A stretch of 64,000 nt of DNA from Candidatus Poribacteria bacterium (GTDB taxonomy: Bacteria > Poribacteria > WGA-4E > WGA-3G): positions 17,457 to 81,456 of the forward strand of contig JAJEDB010000115.1 in the NCBI GenBank assembly GCA_022821725.1, in the 5' to 3' direction. Positions 53,326 through 60,093 of this stretch are shown here, piece by piece. The notes beneath the pieces are model-generated. The model was not told where the DNA came from. It made no database searches and saw only the letters and a list, made by a program, of their open reading frames with translations. Position numbers and translations under genes: made by a program. Positions within the stretch are counted from its first letter, which is position 1. The number at the start of each line of letters is the position of its first letter.

Positions 53326-53345
53326 TACCCTTTTCAGGGGCATCG

Positions 53346-53418
53346 GTTATCAGTTAAAGAGGGTTGGGTTCAATCAGACCCTCGCTTAACTGATAACTGA
53401 CAACTGATGACTGACAAC
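53346..53418 (+). repeat. inverted heptamer-module pair plus AACTGAY array
   Basis: GTTATCAGTTAAagAGGGT (53346-53364) pairs with ACCCTcgcTTAACTGATAAC (53378-53397). The array aactgat aactgac aactgat gactgac aact ends 8 nt before the dprA ATG. Confidence 0.85.
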
Positions 53419-53426
53419 TATTAAAA

Positions 53427-54629
53427 ATGCTGTCTAACGAGACAATCAGTCTAATTCATTTAAATCTAATTCAAGGTGTAGGTCTCAAAACCGTTCAACG
53501 CTTACGTGACGTTTTTGGTAGCACAGAGCGAGCCCTTCGGGCAGCACCGGGCGAAATCAGAAAAATAGCTCAGCTGTCGCCAGCAGTCCGTGACCTCTTA
53601 ATTCACAAGCCTGTTTTGTATCCAATAGAACGTGAGCTTGAATTGATACAGACATACGGTTGTCAGGTTGTAACACTCTATGATCCCGCATATCCACCCC
53701 ACTTAAAAGAGATTGACACACCCCCATTTGTGTTGTATGTAAGGGGGGAACTGGTTCCGGAAGACGCCATAAGCGTCTCTGTCGTCGGTTCCCGAAACGC
53801 GAAGGATTACGGGCGAAAGGTGAGTTACCGCTTGAGTTACCAGATCGCGCAGCGCGGTTTAACAGTGGTGAGCGGTTTCGCGAAGGGTATTGATACCGCA
53901 GCCCATCGCGGCGCACTTGAAGCCGGCGGCAGGACAATCGCAGTGATGGGAAATGGATTAAGTCTTATCTATCCTGCAGCGAACAGGGACCTCGCTGAGA
54001 AAATTGAAACATCTGGGGCGTTAGTTTCCGAATTCCCGATGGCAGCCCGACCAAAGCCGAGAAACTTCCCACGTCGGAACCGTATCATTAGCGGTTTGAC
54101 GCTTGGAACTGTTATCGTAGAAGCGTCAAATCGCAGTGGGGCATTGATTACCGCCCGTCTCGCGGCTGAGCAGAACAGAGAGGTGTTCGCTGTCCCAGGT
54201 GAGATTTTTTCTGAACTTTCAGCGGGTACCCATCGGTTAATTAATGACGGTGCGAAACTCATCAACACTGTGGACGATCTGCTCAACGAGCTGCCGCCAC
54301 GCGTATTAAGTCAAATTCAGTCCCAGGCATCACCATCACCGGTGCCGGATATGGTGGCAGCACCTACACACGCGTCCGCTGCTGAGCCGAGCGATACGGG
54401 ATCAGTCCTCCCGGAACCTACTCCTGAAACACCGCCACCGCCACCCGATTTAACGCCAGATGAGAAAACGATTTTTCAGGCTATCGAAGTGCCGTCATCA
54501 CATATTGATACCATCGTTCGGACGACCCAACTCCCGATCAGTCAGGTGTCCAGTGTGCTTCTAATGCTGGAGCTTAAAGGTATTGTTCAACAGTTACCAG
54601 GGAAGCAATTCACTAAGTCTAATCAATAA
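53427..54629 (+). CDS. dprA: DNA-processing protein DprA
   Basis: VVGSRNAKDYGRKV, VVSGFAKGIDTAAHRGAL, Pro-rich linker, C-terminal winged-helix-like domain. Confidence 0.9.
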   Translation: MLSNETISLIHLNLIQGVGLKTVQRLRDVFGSTERALRAAPGEIRKIAQLSPAVRDLLIHKPVLYPIERELELIQTYGCQVVTLYDPAYPPHLKEIDTPPFVLYVRGELVPEDAISVSVVGSRNAKDYGRKVSYRLSYQIAQRGLTVVSGFAKGIDTAAHRGALEAGGRTIAVMGNGLSLIYPAANRDLAEKIETSGALVSEFPMAARPKPRNFPRRNRIISGLTLGTVIVEASNRSGALITARLAAEQNREVFAVPGEIFSELSAGTHRLINDGAKLINTVDDLLNELPPRVLSQIQSQASPSPVPDMVAAPTHASAAEPSDTGSVLPEPTPETPPPPPDLTPDEKTIFQAIEVPSSHIDTIVRTTQLPISQVSSVLLMLELKGIVQQLPGKQFTKSNQ

Positions 54630-54640
54630 CTTATTTCACG

Positions 54641-54880
54641 ATGGAAACGAACCTAACCTTCCAGTATGACAGGGATGCCGATATTTTGTATGTGAATACT
54701 TGTCCTCCGTATCCAGAACAGGAAAGCGAGGAGCTTGCTGACGAAATCATCGCGCGTTTTAATCCTGACACAGGGGATATTGAAAATCTTGAAGTTTTAT
54801 TTTTCTCCACGCGGTTGCTGCGTGACGAACTCTTTAATTTACCAATTTCCGCCCGTTTGCAGTTGAACAAAGAGATATGA
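54641..54880 (+). CDS. DUF2283-like small protein
   Basis: 79 aa. YDRDADILYV...GDIENLEVLF fits the DUF2283 pattern. ATGA overlap with tsaD. Confidence 0.55.
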   Translation: METNLTFQYDRDADILYVNTCPPYPEQESEELADEIIARFNPDTGDIENLEVLFFSTRLLRDELFNLPISARLQLNKEI

Positions 54881-55965
54881 AAATCCTTGGTATAGATACC
54901 TCATGTGATGAAACCGCTGCTGCAGTTGTTGCTGATGGGAGAGACGTGCTTTCCAACGTCGTCGCTTCACAGATTGAAGTCCATCAAGAATACGGAGGCG
55001 TTGTCCCGGAACTCGCATCGCGTAAACATATTGAAGCGATCAACTACATCGTGAGTCGGGCGTTGGCAGAAGCAGATGTCACATTCAAGGACTTGGAAGC
55101 GATAGCCGTGACGAACCGTCCCGGCTTAATCGGGGCATTACTCGTTGGCGTTGCCGCGGCGAAAAGCCTTGCCTATTGCCACAAGCTGCCCCTGCTCGGC
55201 ATCAATCACATTGAAGGGCATATCTACGCGCCCTTTTTGGCGCAGCTTGCAAGCCAAAACTTGCTATCAAAAGATATGGTACATGATACTCTGACGTTCC
55301 CGCATATCTGCCTCACGGTTTCTGGTGGGCACACATTGCTCGTTGAAGTTCACGAAGGGTGGCAGTATACGGTGTTGGGGGGGACGCAAGACGATGCCGC
55401 CGGTGAAGTCTACGATAAAGTCGCGAAGTATCTCGGACTGGGTTTCCCTGGTGGAAAAGTCATTGATGACCTCGCACAGAAAGGGGACCCTGCAGCGATA
55501 AAATTTCCGAGACCGATGCGGAATACGGACGATTATCAATTCAGTTTTAGCGGTATCAAGACCTCGGTGCGCTATTTTGTGGAGAAGGCACGACGCGCAG
55601 GTCTACTTGTGGAGAATGGACAAGCGGATGTAAAACCGACGAACCCTGATAGGATAACGATTGAAGATATTGCTGCCAGTTTTCAAGCCGCTGTCGTGGA
55701 TGTGCTTGTTTACAAGTCGATTCGCGCCGCGAAAGCCACTGGTGCCAAGGCGATAACCTTGACGGGTGGCGTTGCCGCAAATAGCCAGCTGCGTGCTTCA
55801 CTCAAGGTCGCCGCTACGGAGATTGGGGCGGCGGTCTACTATCCGCCGATGAGCCTCTGTACGGATAACGGCGCGATGATCGCAGGAATCGCTTACCAGA
55901 AATATCAGCAGGGACTCCGAGATGAACTCTCTCTGAATGCGACACCGAACGGATCCCTTGTCTGA
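54877..55965 (+). CDS. tsaD: tRNA N6-adenosine threonylcarbamoyltransferase
   Basis: MKILGIDTSCDETAAAVV, INHIEGHIYA, SGGHT, GGVAAN. Confidence 0.95.
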   Translation: MKILGIDTSCDETAAAVVADGRDVLSNVVASQIEVHQEYGGVVPELASRKHIEAINYIVSRALAEADVTFKDLEAIAVTNRPGLIGALLVGVAAAKSLAYCHKLPLLGINHIEGHIYAPFLAQLASQNLLSKDMVHDTLTFPHICLTVSGGHTLLVEVHEGWQYTVLGGTQDDAAGEVYDKVAKYLGLGFPGGKVIDDLAQKGDPAAIKFPRPMRNTDDYQFSFSGIKTSVRYFVEKARRAGLLVENGQADVKPTNPDRITIEDIAASFQAAVVDVLVYKSIRAAKATGAKAITLTGGVAANSQLRASLKVAATEIGAAVYYPPMSLCTDNGAMIAGIAYQKYQQGLRDELSLNATPNGSLV

Positions 55966-55984
55966 TCCGCCACAAGACGTAAGC

Positions 55985-56063
55985 CCGTAATGGAGGGCGG
56001 TTCTACGTGAAAAGCCATCAACTTACGAATCACCTGACCGAACCGCAAGGAAAAATTAAAATA
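55985..56063 (+). repeat. leader-repeat relative embedded in the tsaC 5' end
   Basis: ccgtaatggagggcggttct...accgaaCCGCAAGGAAAAATTAAAATA. The position that is ATG in the other copies is ATA (56061-56063), in frame with tsaC. Confidence 0.6.
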
Positions 56064-56651
56064 GCCGTCCAATGCCTAAAGGCAGGCGGTATTGTCGCTA
56101 TCCCGACCGACACCGTCTATGGGTTAGGTGCCGACCCGTTTAATCCGAGTGCCGTCCAGAAACTCTATACAGTCAAAGGGCGACCGGATGGGAATCCGAT
56201 TCCGCTCGTTCTCAGTTCCGTTTCGGATATCCACCGCTTCTCTCGAAACCTACCCGATTTCTTCTTCCACCTCACAGATCGGTTTTGGCCCGGCGGTTTG
56301 ACGATCGTGATTGAAAGCAAAGGGCTGCTGCCCGTGCTAACGGCTGGAGGGGATACTGTCGGGGTCCGAATCCCGAACAACCCGCTGCTTTTGAAAATCC
56401 TTCAAGCGTTTGGCGGACCGATGGCAATAACAAGCGCGAATCTCTCTGGAGAACCGCCAGCCACCGCTGTCGAAGAAATTGGTAAAGAACTCGGCTCACG
56501 AATTGATATGATTGTTGATGGCGGGAAGACACCGGGTCCCATCCCTTCTACAGTTTACGACATTTCCGTCTCGCCGCCACTCGTTCGACGACCCGGCGTA
56601 ATTTCAGAAGAAACACTCGCCAAGGAGTTCGCGTGCTACAACAAGCGTTAA
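56007..56651 (+). CDS. tsaC: L-threonylcarbamoyladenylate synthase (YrdC/TsaC domain)
   Basis: GGIVAIPTDTVYGLGADP, KGRPDGNPIPLV, ITSANLSGEP. Start uncertain: GTG 56007, or a non-canonical start near 56055-56063. Confidence 0.85.
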   Translation: MKSHQLTNHLTEPQGKIKIAVQCLKAGGIVAIPTDTVYGLGADPFNPSAVQKLYTVKGRPDGNPIPLVLSSVSDIHRFSRNLPDFFFHLTDRFWPGGLTIVIESKGLLPVLTAGGDTVGVRIPNNPLLLKILQAFGGPMAITSANLSGEPPATAVEEIGKELGSRIDMIVDGGKTPGPIPSTVYDISVSPPLVRRPGVISEETLAKEFACYNKR

Positions 56652-57217
56652 AGCAACTGCTGCAATTCTTAGCCACCCCCACAGGACAGTGGGTGCTCCT
56701 CGGCTGCGTCAGTTTTATAGCGTTAGCAATCGTCTATAACAGAAAAAAACAGATTCCGGGGTTGACGGTAGCGGTGATCCCGGAGGATACGTGGTTTATC
56801 AACCGTGACGACAATCATCGCCTCGCCATCGTTGTCTCTTTGCACCTGATTAACAAATCAAGCGCGCCTATCCGGATTCGGAGATGTAAACTGAGTGGAT
56901 ATTCACCCAAACCCCCGCCTGAAAAGTTGTTCTTACAGGGGCATGATACGAGTGTTGAGTTGGTGTATCCGAAGCACGACCTCTTTGTTGATGTTGGGGG
57001 GCATCCATCAGAACATACTTCAGAGTACGTTCTTAACCCTTACACCGAGCAACGTATGTGGGTTTTTTATCACTCCGGCATTGTTACAATGACAAATATG
57101 CTTCGCGCCCCGATTGTCCTCAGAGATGTAAATCGGAAACGCAAGTCTCTCCAGATAGCTGTGCCTCGCAATATGGAGCAGATTCAACTCTATCGCGAGG
57201 CAGCAATGCGATGGTAA
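56633..57217 (+). CDS. hypothetical single-pass membrane protein
   Basis: GTG start overlapping the tsaC end, one TM (WVLLGCVSFIALAIVY). Its stop abuts the stop of the convergent gene. Confidence 0.45.
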   Translation: MLQQALKQLLQFLATPTGQWVLLGCVSFIALAIVYNRKKQIPGLTVAVIPEDTWFINRDDNHRLAIVVSLHLINKSSAPIRIRRCKLSGYSPKPPPEKLFLQGHDTSVELVYPKHDLFVDVGGHPSEHTSEYVLNPYTEQRMWVFYHSGIVTMTNMLRAPIVLRDVNRKRKSLQIAVPRNMEQIQLYREAAMRW

Positions 57218-58261
57218 TTAATCGAGTTCGGACAGTTTAACGGTTCTCCCGCCTGCTTCTGCCGACATGTCGGAGGCGAAGACAACGCGGTGTGTTTCAT
57301 AAGCCGTGTCAAAATCGGTCAGTGGCATCGGTTCATTGCGTCTGATGCTATCTATGAACGCTTGGAATTGCGGCTCGTATGGATGATCGCTGACATCGCC
57401 AGAATCAATGAGCGAGGTCTCAAGCGTACTCCATCTACTCTTATCCATACCGTGAAGTTTTGCGGAATAGATACGGTTGTCGAGAAGACTGCCTTCACTT
57501 CCAACGAGGTGGATATGGAAGTAGTAAGGTTGTAAGCAATCGACACAGGAGGTGACTTTCCCGATTTTTCCACCACCTTCAAACTTAAGGAGGCTGACGC
57601 TCGTCGTTTTATATTCGTAGGGTTGAAAATCCGCGCCTGTGGATTGCGTGTGGTAACTCGTTACTTCTTCGACGTTTCCATCCATGAAAAAGAGGAGAGC
57701 ATCGAGCGCATGACATCCAGCGGTGAGCAGCGTGCTACCGCCAAAGTCTTTTTTGATGTTCCACTCGTATTGTCCGTACCACGGTCCAATGCCGTGGTAA
57801 TAATCGACTTCGGCATAGTGGAGTTCCCCGAGCAATCCGTTGTCGATGACGGAGCGAATCATTGTAAAATGTGCACTGTATCGACACTCGAAGCAGACAC
57901 AGACGTTGACCCCTGTGCTTTTGACAGCGTCACGGATAGCTTTCGCATCTGCGTGTGTAAGGCAGATCGGTTTTTCTATGATGAGATGTTTTCCTGCTTC
58001 GGCAGCAGCGATGGCTTGTTCGGCATGAAAGGGGTGTGGCGTGCAAATATCAATGATGTGGACATCCGGATCCGCAAGCATTTTTTCAAAATCGGTATAG
58101 GCTTTAAGAGGTGTTCCATAAGTTTCTGCCAGTGCGGATTCATCGTGTTCTCGACGTGAACAGATGGCGGTAACATCCGAACCTGTAACAGCTTTGAAGG
58201 CTTCGATATGGGCACCAGCTACCCAACCGAGCCCAACAATTCCAACGTTTAAATTATCCAT
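57218..58261 (-). CDS. Gfo/Idh/MocA family oxidoreductase
   Basis: N-terminal Rossmann [13 protein letters not shown] and EKP motif (LIIEKPI). Confidence 0.85.
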   Translation of the reverse strand: MDNLNVGIVGLGWVAGAHIEAFKAVTGSDVTAICSRREHDESALAETYGTPLKAYTDFEKMLADPDVHIIDICTPHPFHAEQAIAAAEAGKHLIIEKPICLTHADAKAIRDAVKSTGVNVCVCFECRYSAHFTMIRSVIDNGLLGELHYAEVDYYHGIGPWYGQYEWNIKKDFGGSTLLTAGCHALDALLFFMDGNVEEVTSYHTQSTGADFQPYEYKTTSVSLLKFEGGGKIGKVTSCVDCLQPYYFHIHLVGSEGSLLDNRIYSAKLHGMDKSRWSTLETSLIDSGDVSDHPYEPQFQAFIDSIRRNEPMPLTDFDTAYETHRVVFASDMSAEAGGRTVKLSELD

Positions 58262-58486
58262 TTTACGGCTCCTTTGCGTCCCGCAGGCGATGTCGAGTGT
58301 ATCTTCTCAAGCATATATGGATGGAATCCAAACGCTCGCGGGTAATTGAAAATATTATATCACGAATGGGGATTTTTAAAGTGAAAAATTGCAGACACAT
58401 TCAGTTCTTCTATACGGACAATCTCCATATCGCGGACCCTTCAATACAACTAACAGAAACTCGGGCTAAGTGGATGAAAAAATGAG

Positions 58487-58515
58487 TTGATATAATTTTG
58501 GGTTTCTTATATAAT
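58487..58515 (+). promoter_or_regulatory. sigma70-type promoter, TTGATA-17-TATAAT
   Basis: TTGATA 58487-58492, 17-nt spacer, TATAAT 58510-58515. About 205 nt upstream of the nuoI ATG. Confidence 0.6.
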
Positions 58516-58727
58516 TACTATAGTTTGGACAATTTTTACGAAGTTCATGATCCGTTTTCAAAACATTTCTGATTTTTCTAAAAGTTGCTCACGCAAACCC
58601 AACTCACAGAAAACTAAACGTTGATGTATCAAAGCACAGTTCCAGCGGGCCGACAGGTATAAGAATAAATGTTATAGTCAAGTCTAAGGTCTGAAACCGA
58701 TAATCATAGGAGGGAATCATTAGCAGA

Positions 58728-59276
58728 ATGAAAGTTAACGAAGAAATGTCTTTTTGGGATAGACTCTATATCCCCGCGTTGATTAAGGGGATGTTTACGA
58801 CCCTGAAACATATCCCGAAGAAAAAGTTGACCTATCAGTATCCTGAAGATCCTCGGAGTGTGGATGAACGCAACGATAGGTACCGCGGCATTCACAAACT
58901 GACGGTGACAGAAAAAGACGAAATCAAATGCGTAGCATGTTTCTTGTGCGCGACTGCCTGTCCGGCGGATTGCATCACAATTCAGGCGGCACCAGCCCCG
59001 GAAGGTTGGGAAACCAAGGAAGGTTATCCGCGCGAGAAATACCCGGATGTCTTTGAAATCAATATGCTCCGTTGCATATTTTGTGGGTATTGCATTGAGG
59101 CTTGCCCTGAAGATGCTATCCGGATGACAGGATTAACGCTCCCTCAATACTTCCGTGAGCGTCAAAAAGAGGGAGAGAGTCTTGGAAGTGCCCGCAGTGA
59201 CTTCATCTTTGATCGGGACATGCTCGTCGCGAACAACGACATCCCGCAGCAAGGGCTGAGTGTTGAGGCGAAGTAG
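58728..59276 (+). CDS. nuoI: NADH-quinone oxidoreductase subunit I (2x[4Fe-4S])
   Basis: TYQYPED...RYRGIH, CVACFLCATACP and CIFCGYCIEACP. No other nuo genes in the window. Confidence 0.8.
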   Translation: MKVNEEMSFWDRLYIPALIKGMFTTLKHIPKKKLTYQYPEDPRSVDERNDRYRGIHKLTVTEKDEIKCVACFLCATACPADCITIQAAPAPEGWETKEGYPREKYPDVFEINMLRCIFCGYCIEACPEDAIRMTGLTLPQYFRERQKEGESLGSARSDFIFDRDMLVANNDIPQQGLSVEAK

Positions 59277-59849
59277 GTGAACCGAGCCAGACAATTGATG
59301 GCATCATACGCTCCCTTCCCCCAGAAGAAGTACAGCATCATATACGCCGATCCGCCGTGGGATTACAAAGGACAACTCCAGCACACAGGAAGTGGCGGTA
59401 AGGAGAGTGGTGGTGCCATTCGACACTATCCCACTGTGCCGGTGTCAGAAATGAAGACATGGGATATTGCCTCAATTAGCGAAGAGAATTGTCTGCTTTT
59501 TATGTGGAGCTCTTCTCCGCACCTCGATCAGGCGATTCAGCTCGGCACAGCGTGGGGATTTCAGTGGGCAACAGTCGCTTTTGTTTGGGATAAGCAACGC
59601 TTGAACCCTGGTTTCTACACGATGAGTCAATGTGAGTTATGCCTTGTTTTCAGACGCGGAAACATTCCACAACCGCGAGGCGCAAGGAATATGAGGCAAC
59701 TCGTGCAGGCTAAACGAACACGCCACTCTGAAAAACCTGAGGCAGTGCGTAAACGAATTGAGAAAATGTTTCCGCACCAGTGTAAGATTGAACTATTCGC
59801 ACGAAAACAGTACCAAGGCTGGGACGCATGGGGACTCGAAATTCACTAA
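59277..59849 (+). CDS. MT-A70 family N6-adenine methyltransferase (small, stand-alone)
   Basis: Catalytic IIYADPPWDY (DPPW), 190 aa. GTG directly after the nuoI TAG (alternative ATG at 59298). Confidence 0.8.
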   Translation: MNRARQLMASYAPFPQKKYSIIYADPPWDYKGQLQHTGSGGKESGGAIRHYPTVPVSEMKTWDIASISEENCLLFMWSSSPHLDQAIQLGTAWGFQWATVAFVWDKQRLNPGFYTMSQCELCLVFRRGNIPQPRGARNMRQLVQAKRTRHSEKPEAVRKRIEKMFPHQCKIELFARKQYQGWDAWGLEIH

Positions 59850-59950
59850 TCTCGTCAAAGCCTGTTGTCCCTTTCGCACATTAGCTAAGCTGATAAAGCG
59901 GGAGCAGAAATATTTATTTTTTTATTACTTCGGTTGACATAGGCACAAAT

Positions 59951-60056
59951 AGTTATCAGTTACAAGAGAGTGTTTTTGCTTAGGGGGTTCCCTGTTAAAC
60001 GAAAACCTCTTCACTGACAACTGAAAGGGTTGCGTAGCAACCCGCACTGACAACCA
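59951..60056 (+). repeat. cluster of heptamer-module repeats upstream of the 935-aa ORF
   Basis: AGTTATCAGTTACAAGAGAGTGTTTTTG ... CGAAAACCTCTTCACTGACAACTG (an inverted pair), then aaaGGGTTGCgtaGCAACCCgcACTGACAACC. Confidence 0.7.
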
Positions 60057-60093
60057 ATCATTTATTTGAAAGGCGTACAATCGAATCGACCCA

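Noticed and set aside
41048-53418. Heptamer arrays as a CRISPR-like array
   Set aside because: The units are 7 nt and directly abutting, with no spacers. There are no cas genes in the window.
57623-58159. 178-aa plus-strand ORF
   Set aside because: It is antisense to the Gfo/Idh/MocA oxidoreductase gene, which has a clear Rossmann N-terminus.
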